DNA of 64,000 bases from Thermodesulfovibrionia bacterium (GTDB taxonomy: Bacteria; Nitrospirota; Thermodesulfovibrionia; UBA6902): positions 1,794 to 65,793 of the forward strand of contig JAGVGM010000277.1 of the NCBI GenBank assembly GCA_020057065.1. The letters are read 5' to 3'. The translations under genes were made by a program, and so were the position numbers. Positions 10,501-20,574 of this stretch are shown here, one piece after another. The notes beneath the pieces are model-generated. The model was given only the letters and a program-made list of their open reading frames with translations. It was not told the DNA's origin and made no database searches. Within the stretch, counting starts at the first letter, position 1; each line of letters opens with the position of its first letter.

Positions 10501-10501
10501 G
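10466..10501. repeat. Short tandem repeat (AGTCAGG x3 flanked by GAGTTAAG)
   Basis: gagttaagagtcaggagtcaggagtcaggagttaag. It encodes the SQESGVRSQESGVRS tail of the deacetylase. Confidence 0.85.
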
Positions 10502-10522
10502 AAAAATAACATTCAACTTTTC

Positions 10523-11572
10523 ATGAACATCAGAATTGCTGACAATAATGACAGAGACAAGTGGGACAGTTATGTGCATGGTCAGCCGGACGCTTCTGCT
10601 TATCATCTTTTTGCGTGGAAGCTGGCGATTGAAAAAGCTTATTGCCATAAAACATATTATCTTTTAGCTGAAGAGAATGGCAAAGTAACAGGCATTCTTC
10701 CCTTAGTCTGTATGAAGCTGCCGTTTATTCAGGGCGCGCTCGTTTCTCTGCCTTTTTGTGATGTCGGTGATGTACTGGCAGAAGAAGAGGGAATAAGGGA
10801 AGAACTTATACGGGAGGCTATAACTTTAGCCGGGAGATTGAAGATCAGATATATAGAATTGAGAGGGCATTACCGCCGATCATCCTTTCAATATATAGAT
10901 TTGCCGGTGAATACACAGTCTCATAAAGTAAGGATGATGATGGACCTGCCAGGTTCCTCAGAGATGTTATGGGAAGGTTTCAGGGCGAAACTTCGGAGTC
11001 AGATACGCAAGGCTGAGAAGAACGGGTTGAGATTTGAATGGGGAGGAAGTGAGGATATTAATGGTTATTATGCTGTTTTCAGCCGTAATATGAGAGATCT
11101 TGGCTCGCCGGTTCATTCTAAAGAATGGTTTGATGTGATCTTGCGTCATTATGATAAAAATGTCCGTATGGGATTAGTCTATCAGCATAAGCAGTTGATC
11201 GGAGCGGGATTTATGTTAAGTGCGAATAAGACTGTCTCAATACCATGGGCCTCGACATTGCTGGAGTATAATAAACTTTCTCCGAATATGATGCTTTATT
11301 GGAAGTTTTTAAAATACGCCGCTGATTCCGGGTTTACAAAATTTGATTTTGGCAGATCTACGCCGGATGAAGGGACTTACAGGTTCAAGGAACAGTGGGG
11401 CGCTGAACCTGTACCGTTATACTGGAGTTTTATCAGTATTGACTGTACTGAAACCAGACCGAAGGCCTCTGCCGGTTCTGCAAGAAATACGGCAGCCCGA
11501 CTGTGGCAGAAACTGCCGCTTGGAGTCGCAAATTTTATAGGGCCTGTAATTAGAAAACATATCAGCTTATGA
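10523..11572 (+). CDS. FemAB-family protein, exosortase-locus associated
   Basis: ATG at 10523 (MNIRIADNNDRDKWDSYV...). The ORF-track upstream extension only translates the tandem repeat. The size and position (after the CE4 deacetylase) match the PEP-CTERM-associated FemAB family. Confidence 0.75.
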   Translation: MNIRIADNNDRDKWDSYVHGQPDASAYHLFAWKLAIEKAYCHKTYYLLAEENGKVTGILPLVCMKLPFIQGALVSLPFCDVGDVLAEEEGIREELIREAITLAGRLKIRYIELRGHYRRSSFQYIDLPVNTQSHKVRMMMDLPGSSEMLWEGFRAKLRSQIRKAEKNGLRFEWGGSEDINGYYAVFSRNMRDLGSPVHSKEWFDVILRHYDKNVRMGLVYQHKQLIGAGFMLSANKTVSIPWASTLLEYNKLSPNMMLYWKFLKYAADSGFTKFDFGRSTPDEGTYRFKEQWGAEPVPLYWSFISIDCTETRPKASAGSARNTAARLWQKLPLGVANFIGPVIRKHISL

Positions 11573-13992
11573 TCAAGTTCTTTGAAGTAACAGCCATTGT
11601 AATGTCCCTTGTGATCTGCTATATTTATTTCGGATATCCACTTCTCTTATTATTTTTAAGATACATCCTGCCTGAAAAGAAGTTAAACAAGAAAGAAATT
11701 TTTCCGGAAGTCAGCCTGCTTATTTCCTGTTTTAATGAAGAGGATGTGATCCGTGAAAAGCTGGAAAATGCGTTGTCGATCGATTATCCAAAAGATAAAC
11801 TGGAGATCGTCGTTATATCTGATGCCTCAACCGACCGGACGGATGATATCGTTCAGATGCACGCAGGAAAAGGCGTCCGGCTTATACGGCAGGCAGGAAG
11901 ACTGGGAAAGACCTCCGGACTTAATCTTGCCATTCCTCAAACAAAAGGCGAAATAATAGTATTTTCCGATGCCAATGCCATGTATCAGCCGGATGCTATC
12001 ATTAAACTGGTGCGTAACTTTAATGACAAAAAGATCGGTTATGTGGTAGGAGAAGCAAGATACAAAGATGTGGAACAGAGCCCGGCAGCGAAGAGTGAGT
12101 CGACTTACTGGAAGCTTGAGATAATGTTAAAGAAGATGGAAAGTCGTATACACTCTGTTGTCGGCGGCGACGGCGCGATCTATGCAATTCGCAGAGAGTT
12201 GTATGAGGAGCTGCTTGAGTCCGATATTAACGATTTTGTAAATCCACTGCAAATTATTCTGAAGGGATACCGCGGTGTGTATGAACCGGAAGCCATTTGC
12301 TGGGAGGAGACCGCAGGTAAATTTGAAAAAGAATACCAGAGAAAAATACGTATCATTAATCGAAGTTTCAGCGGGCTTTTGCGTGTAAGTTCCGTAATGA
12401 ATCCATTTAAAACCGGATTTTTCAGTATCGAGATCGTTTCACATAAATTCCTCCGCTGGTTCGCTTCGTTCTTTATCATTCTTCTGTCAATATCATGTTT
12501 TATCCTTGCCTTGTCCGGAATAGTATTTTATCAATGGATCACTGCATTTATTGTTCTGTTCTTGTGGCTTTCCTATTTGGGGCATTTACTGGACGAGAAC
12601 TATCATCTTAAGTTGTTTTATTATCCGTACTATTTTGTGCTCATGGGTATTGCTTCGATTGTGGGCTTGAGCAGGAGTTTAAGGGGTAAGATCCAAACGA
12701 CATGGCTGCCGGTCAGAACGGTTTTAGAAGAAAGCAGGACAGACGGTGGGTTAGCAAAGGTACTTGTTCATGCATGTTTTTTAATATCATTATGGTTTTT
12801 TCTGTTTTTTACCGGAAGAACTTTTAATGTTCCCTTATTAGCTGATAAAGTGACTTATATTGGAGCTGTCTTTATAATATTCTATGTTTATTTAGGGTAT
12901 CCCATAGTATTGAAATTTCTGTCAAGGAATTTCAATGAACCGATCCAAGGCGAAGAGATCCTGCCGCATGTAAAATTGCTTATATGCGCATATAACGAAG
13001 AAGAAGTGATCGAAAAAAAGATCATCAACAGTCTTGAAATAGATTATCCGTATGAGAGACTTAAAATAGCGATCGCATCAGATGGTTCAACAGACAGGAC
13101 CAATGAGATCGTAAGGCGATACTGCAGTGACCGTCTGGCGCTGTTCGAATATCCCGAACGCAGGGGAAAAGTGTCGGCCATTAATGAGACTGTCTCAAAA
13201 CTTCAGACTGAAATAATTGTCTTCTCGGATGCGAATACCATGTACAACAAAGATGCGATCAGGAAATTAGTGCGCCATTTCAATGACCCGTCTGTCGGGT
13301 CTGTAAGCGCTGATGTTATTCTCAGAAATGAAGAGACGATCTTCGGAAGCTCGGAGTCTTTATATTACCGGTATGAACGCTGGATACAGAAAAAAGAATC
13401 TGAGGTCGGCTCAATAATCGGCGCAGACGGAGGTATGTATGCTATAAGAAGGAGCCTGTTTGTGCCGCCTTCTCCTAATATAATCATCGATGATTTTGTT
13501 ATTTCGATGAATGTGGCGGTCAATGGCTACCGCATCGTATATGATCAGGAAGCCATAGGATATGAGCGGAACACCAATTCATATAAAGAAGAGTTCTTGC
13601 GTAAATCAAGAGTCATAGCAGGGGCCATTCAGTCTATCATACAAAAAGAGGGCGTCCCTTCAATAAAACAGAAAAAACTTTTTTTCTGTTATCTGTCCCA
13701 TAAATTTCTGCGCTGGATGATCCCTATAGTCCTGATTGTTTTATTAGTCGCAAATTTACGGCTGGTCATATTTTCGGAAGGACTGGTATATGATGTCAGT
13801 CTGTATTTGCAGAGCTTGTTTTATATCTTAGCGCTGATGCATCTTTTTCTTATTAATATAATCAAGAAAAGCAATATTAAACTATTTTCAATTCCATTTT
13901 ATTTCTGTCTGGTCAATAGCGCTGCATTGTACGGTATATACAAAGGCTTGTTCAATAAACAGTCCGTGAAATGGCAGAAGTTTCAAAGGTAA
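11569..13992 (+). CDS. Tandem-duplicated membrane GT2 glycosyltransferase (two complete TM-GT2-TM modules in one ORF)
   Basis: Module 1 has EVSLLISCFNEEDVI, VISDASTDRT, IVFSDANAMY and GGDGAIYAIRR. Module 2 has HVKLLICAYNEEEVI, IASDGSTDRT, IVFSDANTMY and GADGGMYAIRR. The ATGA start overlaps the femAB-like stop. Confidence 0.85.
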   Translation: MIKFFEVTAIVMSLVICYIYFGYPLLLLFLRYILPEKKLNKKEIFPEVSLLISCFNEEDVIREKLENALSIDYPKDKLEIVVISDASTDRTDDIVQMHAGKGVRLIRQAGRLGKTSGLNLAIPQTKGEIIVFSDANAMYQPDAIIKLVRNFNDKKIGYVVGEARYKDVEQSPAAKSESTYWKLEIMLKKMESRIHSVVGGDGAIYAIRRELYEELLESDINDFVNPLQIILKGYRGVYEPEAICWEETAGKFEKEYQRKIRIINRSFSGLLRVSSVMNPFKTGFFSIEIVSHKFLRWFASFFIILLSISCFILALSGIVFYQWITAFIVLFLWLSYLGHLLDENYHLKLFYYPYYFVLMGIASIVGLSRSLRGKIQTTWLPVRTVLEESRTDGGLAKVLVHACFLISLWFFLFFTGRTFNVPLLADKVTYIGAVFIIFYVYLGYPIVLKFLSRNFNEPIQGEEILPHVKLLICAYNEEEVIEKKIINSLEIDYPYERLKIAIASDGSTDRTNEIVRRYCSDRLALFEYPERRGKVSAINETVSKLQTEIIVFSDANTMYNKDAIRKLVRHFNDPSVGSVSADVILRNEETIFGSSESLYYRYERWIQKKESEVGSIIGADGGMYAIRRSLFVPPSPNIIIDDFVISMNVAVNGYRIVYDQEAIGYERNTNSYKEEFLRKSRVIAGAIQSIIQKEGVPSIKQKKLFFCYLSHKFLRWMIPIVLIVLLVANLRLVIFSEGLVYDVSLYLQSLFYILALMHLFLINIIKKSNIKLFSIPFYFCLVNSAALYGIYKGLFNKQSVKWQKFQR

Positions 13993-14042
13993 ATTGAAAA
14001 AGTTAAGAAGTATGTAAGCGATGAAACCAGGAAGTCAAAAAA

Positions 14043-15047
14043 GTGAAAAATAATTTTGCTATGCCGGCATTAAGCATAATAATCCCTATGAAAAATGAAG
14101 AGAATAATATCCGGTTGTGCCTGGAATCGATCCTGGCTAATTCTTTTCCGGGAGAAAAATATGAGATCATATGCGTTGATAATGGATCTTCCGACAGGAC
14201 AATTGAAGTTGCAAGGGAATATACAAAGAATGTTTATCAACTGCCCGATAAGACGATCAGCGCATTGAGAAATTACGGGGCGCAGAAGGCTCAGGGAGAG
14301 TATCTGGCATTTGTAGATTCCGACTGTGTGGCGGATAGATCCTGGATTAATGCAGCTTCCATTTATTTTGGGAATGAGCATATTGTCTGTTTTGGATCCA
14401 CTCCGGATATACCTGCAGATGCCACATGGGTGCAAAAGACATGGTATTTAAATAAGCAGATACGTGAGGATGTTCAACAGGTTGAATGGCTTGAGTCCAT
14501 GAACCTTTTTGTGAAAAGAGATGTATTTCTTGAGCTTGGCGGCTTCAATGAGAAACTTGTAACGTGCGAAGACGTGGACCTATGCTACCGGATAGGACAG
14601 AAATATAAGATCATCTCTGATAAAAGGATAAGGGTGGTGCATCTTGGTGAGGCAAGGACGTTGAGAGAGTTTTTCAAAAAAGAGATGTGGCGGGGCCAGG
14701 GCAATTTAGCCGGGGTAAGGGAGCATGGTTTAAAGCTGAAAGAGATCCCAAGCATTGCATTGCCGGTATATTATGCTTTACTGCCACTTGTCTTTTTTGG
14801 AACTATTGCTGCGTATGATTTTCTGACAGCGATGATCTTACTGATCATTATAGCAGTAATTCCTTCTGCTCTAATTTCAATATATATTGCTGTTAAGGCA
14901 TCAAAATACGATTATCTTTTTAAGGGAGCCGCCGTCTACCTGACATTCTTTATTGCAAGGGCGGTCTCCCTGGTCAGGTCAGCTATTTTCAATCAGAGCA
15001 TTAATTCGCAGGAGAGAAGCAAGAAAGAAGAGATCCTTCTGAAGTAA
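14043..15047 (+). CDS. GT2 glycosyltransferase with C-terminal TM segments
   Basis: SIIIPMKNEENNI, VDNGSSDRT and FVDSDC. Start is GTG 14043 or ATG 14061. Confidence 0.85.
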   Translation: MKNNFAMPALSIIIPMKNEENNIRLCLESILANSFPGEKYEIICVDNGSSDRTIEVAREYTKNVYQLPDKTISALRNYGAQKAQGEYLAFVDSDCVADRSWINAASIYFGNEHIVCFGSTPDIPADATWVQKTWYLNKQIREDVQQVEWLESMNLFVKRDVFLELGGFNEKLVTCEDVDLCYRIGQKYKIISDKRIRVVHLGEARTLREFFKKEMWRGQGNLAGVREHGLKLKEIPSIALPVYYALLPLVFFGTIAAYDFLTAMILLIIIAVIPSALISIYIAVKASKYDYLFKGAAVYLTFFIARAVSLVRSAIFNQSINSQERSKKEEILLK

Positions 15048-15081
15048 TTGACGTCTGCTGCCGATAAAATAATAAGGATCA

Positions 15082-16050
15082 ATGAAATCAGCAAAGGATT
15101 TATACCTGATCATCAGCATAGACGTTGAAGAGGATATGCCTAACTGGAAGGTGGAAAAGACTTTGACGCTCAGAAATATCCGGGGCCTTCCGCGTCTTCA
15201 GGAGACTTTTGACAGATACGGAGTCCGTCCGACCTATCTGCTTGATTATCCATATGCCGTAAATGCGGAGGCGGTGGAATATTTCTGCGGCATTATGGAT
15301 AAGTGTGAGATCGGAGCGCACCTGCATCCGTGGAATACCCCGCCGTTAACAGAAGATGAAGCAGGAGTAAATGAGTTCCCAAGCAATCTTACTTACGAGA
15401 GACAGTCTGCAAAACTGAAGACCGTTACGGACGAACTAACAAAGTCATTTGGGAAAGCCCCTACATCTTACCGCGCAGGCAGATTCGGTTTTAACAGGGA
15501 TACAAACGATATCCTTGAGAAACTGGGTTATCTTGTTGATTCAAGCGTTACCCCGATGGTTTCATGGAAGAATATCAACGGCCCGGACTTCACCGGATAT
15601 CCTTCAGCCCCTTTCTGGCTTGGCAGCGGAGAGAGCCGCCTGCTCGAAATTCCTGTGACGATCGGTTTAAACAGGAAAATACCCGCTGTTCTGGAAAAGG
15701 CATATCAGAGTATCCCGAAGTTTACGAGATTAAAAGGGTTGATGAGCAGGGACTATCTGAATCTCCTCGACATAATCTGGCTTTATCCCGTACTTTTTCA
15801 GGAGAATGACATGCTCTTTCTTGTAAATGCGATGCTGAGAAGATCCGAGAATGTCTTTAATGTTTTCTTTCATTCCAATGAGATAAGCGTCGGGGAGTCC
15901 ATTTACACTAAAACAGAGAAGGACCTTGAAGAATTTTACAGGCGTCTTGAGTTTTTTCTTGATCATATGGTCAACGAAAAGAATGCGAAAAGCGTGACCC
16001 TTACAGAGTACCGTTTTTTACATAAAGAATCGACAATACATACCGTATAG
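15082..16050 (+). CDS. Putative polysaccharide deacetylase-like protein (CE4-like, divergent)
   Basis: LIISIDVEEDMPNW, RPTYLLDYP, GAHLHPW and YRAGRFGF resemble a divergent CE4/WalW-type fold. The assignment is from motif recollection only. Confidence 0.5.
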   Translation: MKSAKDLYLIISIDVEEDMPNWKVEKTLTLRNIRGLPRLQETFDRYGVRPTYLLDYPYAVNAEAVEYFCGIMDKCEIGAHLHPWNTPPLTEDEAGVNEFPSNLTYERQSAKLKTVTDELTKSFGKAPTSYRAGRFGFNRDTNDILEKLGYLVDSSVTPMVSWKNINGPDFTGYPSAPFWLGSGESRLLEIPVTIGLNRKIPAVLEKAYQSIPKFTRLKGLMSRDYLNLLDIIWLYPVLFQENDMLFLVNAMLRRSENVFNVFFHSNEISVGESIYTKTEKDLEEFYRRLEFFLDHMVNEKNAKSVTLTEYRFLHKESTIHTV

Positions 16051-16061
16051 GAGGAAACAGA

Positions 16062-17741
16062 GTGAATATTTTAGGCATTTCAGCGCTGGACACTGATGCT
16101 ACAGCGGCATTGATCCAGGGAGACAGGATCACTTACAGCGCAGGAGAGGAACGATTTTCCCGTATAAAACAGCACACAGGTTTTCCAGCCGAGAGCGTCA
16201 GGTATGTCCTTGAGAGGGCGGGGCTCCGGCCCGGTGACATTGATATTGTGGCATATCCGTTTTATCCCTGGTACAAAGAGGCGCTGCTGATCTCAAAGGG
16301 ATTCCTGATAAATAACGTGTACAATCTTTTCCAGAATGATAATCTGAGATCGAAATTTTATCACTTTGCATACTATGTCAGATTTTGCAAAAACGCCTTC
16401 AGTGATCACAATAAATATCACAACGAACTCCTTGATAATCTTGGCAAACTGGGGCTGACTAAAAAATTAAAAAGGGTCGAGCATCATCTCTCTCATGCCG
16501 CATCGGCCTTCTATACATCCGGTTTTGAAGAAGCATTGATTGTAACTCTCGACGCTTATGGAAGCGAGCTCGCCGGCAGTATCAGCCTTGGCTCCACTCA
16601 GGGGATAAGGAAAGTACTTGACATCAGGTATCCGCATTCACTGGGTCTTTTCTATTCACAGGTTACTGAGGCACTGGGATTTAAACCCACAAGGCATGAG
16701 GGTAAAATAGTCGGTCTTGCCGCTTTTGGGAACCCCTCTATTTTGTTTGACGAGATATATAAAAGGTTCAACAGTTCCTCTTCCGGCTTTGCTTATATTT
16801 CCGGCTTGAACATGAAATACGCCAGAGAGCTGGCGAAGAAGTATCCGAGGGAAGAAATTGCCGCAGCATATCAGGCGGTGCTTGAAAAGGTAGTGACCGA
16901 CGTTGTTGCGGCATACGTCAGAAAATATAAACAGCAAAATGTTGTGCTGGCCGGCGGAGTGACCGCGAATGTTAAATTGAACCAGAGAGTTTTTGAGATA
17001 GACGGGGTAAAGAATATTTTTGTCTTTCCCAATATGGGTGATGGAGGAACAGGGGCCGGGGCCGCGTTATTCTGTGCTTCACAGGTCAATGGGAAGATGA
17101 GACCTTATAAATTGAAAGATGTTTATTTCGGTTCTTCATATACAGATGAAGAGATCAAATCGCAATTAGAAAAAGAAGGGCTCCGGTATGAATACTTTGA
17201 TGAGATCGAAAAGGAAATAGCAGCGCGAATAGCCCAGGGAAAAGTTGTGGCGAGGTTTAACGGCGCGATGGAATATGGGCCGAGGGCGCTCGGCAACAGG
17301 TCTGTTTTATATCATGCCAAAGATCCGAGCGTAAATGAATGGCTGAACAAACGGCTTGAGCGCACCGAGTTTATGCCTTTTGCGCCTGCAACGCTATATG
17401 AATTTGCGGAGAAGTGTTATATAAACATAAAAGGTGCGGAGCATGCCGCAACATTTATGACCATCACTTTTGACTGTACGGAGTATATGAAAAAGACCTC
17501 CCCCGCAGCGGTTCACATAGACGGCACAGCAAGACCCCAACTGGTGCATAAAGACATCAATCCGAGTTTTTACAAAATTATAAGTGAATACCACAAGCTC
17601 ACCGGAATTCCCAGCGTGATAAATACAAGTTTCAACATGCACGAAGAGCCGATCGTTTGTACCCCATATGACGCTATCAGAGCGTTCAAACTGGGCAGGC
17701 TTGAATATCTGGCGATCGGCAATTTCCTGGTGGAAGGCTAA
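16062..17741 (+). CDS. Carbamoyltransferase (NodU/CmcH family)
   Basis: MNILGISALDTDATAALIQGDRI..AGEERFSRIKQHTGFP, and C-terminal HIDGTARPQ and VINTSFNMHEEPIV. GTG start after GGAGGA. Confidence 0.9.
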   Translation: MNILGISALDTDATAALIQGDRITYSAGEERFSRIKQHTGFPAESVRYVLERAGLRPGDIDIVAYPFYPWYKEALLISKGFLINNVYNLFQNDNLRSKFYHFAYYVRFCKNAFSDHNKYHNELLDNLGKLGLTKKLKRVEHHLSHAASAFYTSGFEEALIVTLDAYGSELAGSISLGSTQGIRKVLDIRYPHSLGLFYSQVTEALGFKPTRHEGKIVGLAAFGNPSILFDEIYKRFNSSSSGFAYISGLNMKYARELAKKYPREEIAAAYQAVLEKVVTDVVAAYVRKYKQQNVVLAGGVTANVKLNQRVFEIDGVKNIFVFPNMGDGGTGAGAALFCASQVNGKMRPYKLKDVYFGSSYTDEEIKSQLEKEGLRYEYFDEIEKEIAARIAQGKVVARFNGAMEYGPRALGNRSVLYHAKDPSVNEWLNKRLERTEFMPFAPATLYEFAEKCYINIKGAEHAATFMTITFDCTEYMKKTSPAAVHIDGTARPQLVHKDINPSFYKIISEYHKLTGIPSVINTSFNMHEEPIVCTPYDAIRAFKLGRLEYLAIGNFLVEG

Positions 17742-17755
17742 AGGGACCCGGCGAA

Positions 17756-19255
17756 TTGCAAGAAGATTTAGGCAGTAAGACAAAATCCAGTCTGATCTGG
17801 AGTTCTTCTTTAAAGCTGGTGTTTCAGGTATATAAGTTTGCCGTAGCCATAGTTATTGCAAGGATCCTTGAACCCAAAGACTTCGGCATAATGGGGATCG
17901 CTTCCATGATAGTATTCTATGCAAACAGTTTAACAAATTTTGGTTTTAGCCGAGCGTTGATCTACAAGAAAGAAATAAATAAAGCACATATTAATTCAGT
18001 TTTCACTATTAATATGGTTGTCTCATTGGTTTTAACAATAATAACTTTTCTATTGTCCGGTAAGGTTGCCGGTTTTTTCAAGGTGCCTGAATTGACAAGT
18101 GTATTGTTGTTGTTGTCCAGTGTCTATATTATAACGAGTTTTTCTACTATACCGATGACGCTCTTAAAAAGAGGGCTGGATTTTAAGATACTGGCTTTGA
18201 ATGAATTATACAGGGGGATATTACAAACTATTGTAACGTTAGTCCTTGCACTTTTAGGTTTTCGTTATTGGGCTTTAATAACAGGACTTCTCTGTTCACA
18301 AGTATATGGGGTGATATATCTGCTTTACAAAGTGAGTTGGAAGCCGAAAATTGAGTTTGATCGTAATGCAATAAAAGAAATCTTTAATTTCGGTTTTTGG
18401 GACTTTGTACGAGCGCAGACATTTCAAGTTAATGAGTATGCAGACAAGTTTATTATAGGTAAATTTCTGGGTCCTGTACTTCTGGGATTTTATGATAAGG
18501 CATACTCAACTGTTGCTTTTCAAAAAAACAATTTTACTGCACAGGTCAATGCGGTCATGTTTTCTTCTTTTAGCAGGCTGGATCCGGAGACCAGCGGAAG
18601 GGTTAAAAAATATTTCAAAAAGGCCATATCGGCAACGGCCCTCGTTGTTTTCCCGGTTAATACGTATCTGGCTGTTCTATCCGCGCATTTTGTTGTTGTG
18701 CTGTTTGGCGATAAGTGGTCCCCCATGATAGTGCCGCTTGAGATCTTATCTGTTGCCTTTATGTTTAATTTTCTGAGCGGGCTGATTGCCAGTCTCAATA
18801 TTGGAACAGGCAGTTATTTAAAGCAGATCAAGGTTGATATTTCCTGTAACATTTTACTTATCATTATCTGTTTGTTGGCAGTTCAGAGGGGGATTGAATT
18901 TGTTGCTTCAGGTATTTTACTGATCTACACCCTGATATTTTTCCTGACATTTCAAATAACAAAAAGGACGACTGATGTAGGCTGGCATGATCTGATCGAA
19001 AGCGTTGCACCTGCCGTAATAGGTTCATTAGTTATGGCTTTCTTCGTATTGATTTTCAGAACAATAGTTTTTCACGAAGTAAACATGATAAATTTTTTAG
19101 CTATGAGTGCCATAGGCGGATTATCATATGTTTTAGCGGTATTTGTCCCTGATTATGCCGCTATCAGAGAACCGCGTGAACAAATTATGACCAGTTTGAG
19201 AAATTATCTAACAGTTCTTAAACGATTCCTGATGAATAAGCGGGGTAAATTATAA
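17756..19255 (+). CDS. wzx: Polysaccharide flippase (Wzx/MOP superfamily)
   Basis: 499 aa, roughly 12-14 predicted TM helices, typical N-terminal region. TTG start. Confidence 0.75.
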   Translation: MQEDLGSKTKSSLIWSSSLKLVFQVYKFAVAIVIARILEPKDFGIMGIASMIVFYANSLTNFGFSRALIYKKEINKAHINSVFTINMVVSLVLTIITFLLSGKVAGFFKVPELTSVLLLLSSVYIITSFSTIPMTLLKRGLDFKILALNELYRGILQTIVTLVLALLGFRYWALITGLLCSQVYGVIYLLYKVSWKPKIEFDRNAIKEIFNFGFWDFVRAQTFQVNEYADKFIIGKFLGPVLLGFYDKAYSTVAFQKNNFTAQVNAVMFSSFSRLDPETSGRVKKYFKKAISATALVVFPVNTYLAVLSAHFVVVLFGDKWSPMIVPLEILSVAFMFNFLSGLIASLNIGTGSYLKQIKVDISCNILLIIICLLAVQRGIEFVASGILLIYTLIFFLTFQITKRTTDVGWHDLIESVAPAVIGSLVMAFFVLIFRTIVFHEVNMINFLAMSAIGGLSYVLAVFVPDYAAIREPREQIMTSLRNYLTVLKRFLMNKRGKL

Positions 19256-20571
19256 TGGCGCTTAAGGCTATGGCATTTATGCTTATTTACGGTTTGGGTG
19301 TTCTGTCAGCTTTTTTTCTGGATCCAGCGTATGGTGTCTATACTTACATGTTTGTATATTTTTTATATTCCAAGAATCGGTACTGGAGCAGTGATGTTCC
19401 GGCCCTACAGTATTCTCTTATTATATCGTTAGTTCTCGCAGCCTCGTACATGGTACGATACAAAACTTATTCAAAAAACAAAATATTTGATGCGCCTCAA
19501 ACCAAATGGCTGCTACTGTTTGGAATAATAATGTTATTGACATGGCCAATTGCGGTTGATCATGCCGAACGTACAAAATGGATGGTGTTATATTGGAAAT
19601 ATATTTTGCTCTATATAATAATCGTTAAGACAATTGATTCTCCCTGGAAGTTTGAAGGGCTGATCGGCTCCTTTCTCATGGGCGCGTTTTATTGGGGATA
19701 TTTATGCAAGTTTATCGGCAGAGATTCGGAGGGCCGTGTGGAAAATGTCGGAGGGTCTGACGGGAATGACGCAAATACGACCGCTGCTGTTATAGTAGCG
19801 GCTGTCCCGTTTTTGATGTACTATCTTCTCAGGGGCAAGATGTGGCAAAAACTATTGGCCCTGTTTGCACTGGCATTTGTTTTAAACGCATTAATTCTGA
19901 TAAACAGCCGGGGGGCCTTTCTTGCTTTGGTTATATCGACATCCTATTATCTTTTCTTATTCATGAGAACAAAGACGGTGACAAAATTTATGAAGGCGGC
20001 CATCATGTTAATAGCCGCTTTTGTCTTTGGTTTGTTTATATTGTTATCCGATGATGTTTTTTGGGATCGTATGGGAACACTTGAAACATCTATTGATGCA
20101 TCAGTAAGTCAAGAAGGTCATGTTGAGAGAACTTACTACTGGTTTAAGACTTTTGATGTGTTGCAGGACTATCCTTTGGGCGTCGGCCCAAGGGGATATG
20201 AATGGCTGAGCTCGCAGTATATACCAAAGGCGTTTTTGAGCCGGACAACAAATACAAGGGCTGTTCACTCAACATATTTCGAGGTGCTTAGTGAATATGG
20301 GGTGCATGGTTTATTTTTGTTTATCGGAATTATTGTTGCAACTTTCAGATATTCAGGAAGATTAAAGAAGGCGCTTCTTAAAGAAGGCCGGTACGAGCCT
20401 TATTTCATGGCCATATCCCTGGAATCCGCCCTGTTGGCGTTTCTTGTTGCCGCCGGATTTATTGACAGGTTATATGCCGAAGTGTTTTACTGGCTGATAG
20501 GTTTTATAGCGGTCTTCGGGAACTGCTATAACGCGGGATCCGGTGACGCGACGGAAATTAAGGCAGTATGA
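19255..20571 (+). CDS. O-antigen ligase/Wzy-like polymerase, exosortase-associated type
   Basis: Polytopic membrane protein with a Wzy_C-like segment (LILINSRGAFLALVIS). TAATG overlap with wzx. Confidence 0.75.
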   Translation: MALKAMAFMLIYGLGVLSAFFLDPAYGVYTYMFVYFLYSKNRYWSSDVPALQYSLIISLVLAASYMVRYKTYSKNKIFDAPQTKWLLLFGIIMLLTWPIAVDHAERTKWMVLYWKYILLYIIIVKTIDSPWKFEGLIGSFLMGAFYWGYLCKFIGRDSEGRVENVGGSDGNDANTTAAVIVAAVPFLMYYLLRGKMWQKLLALFALAFVLNALILINSRGAFLALVISTSYYLFLFMRTKTVTKFMKAAIMLIAAFVFGLFILLSDDVFWDRMGTLETSIDASVSQEGHVERTYYWFKTFDVLQDYPLGVGPRGYEWLSSQYIPKAFLSRTTNTRAVHSTYFEVLSEYGVHGLFLFIGIIVATFRYSGRLKKALLKEGRYEPYFMAISLESALLAFLVAAGFIDRLYAEVFYWLIGFIAVFGNCYNAGSGDATEIKAV

Positions 20572-20574
20572 AAA

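Noticed and set aside
10409-10522. Upstream extension of the FemAB-like ORF overlapping the deacetylase 3' end
   Set aside because: The extension translates the heptamer tandem repeat in another frame. The conserved protein begins at ATG 10523.
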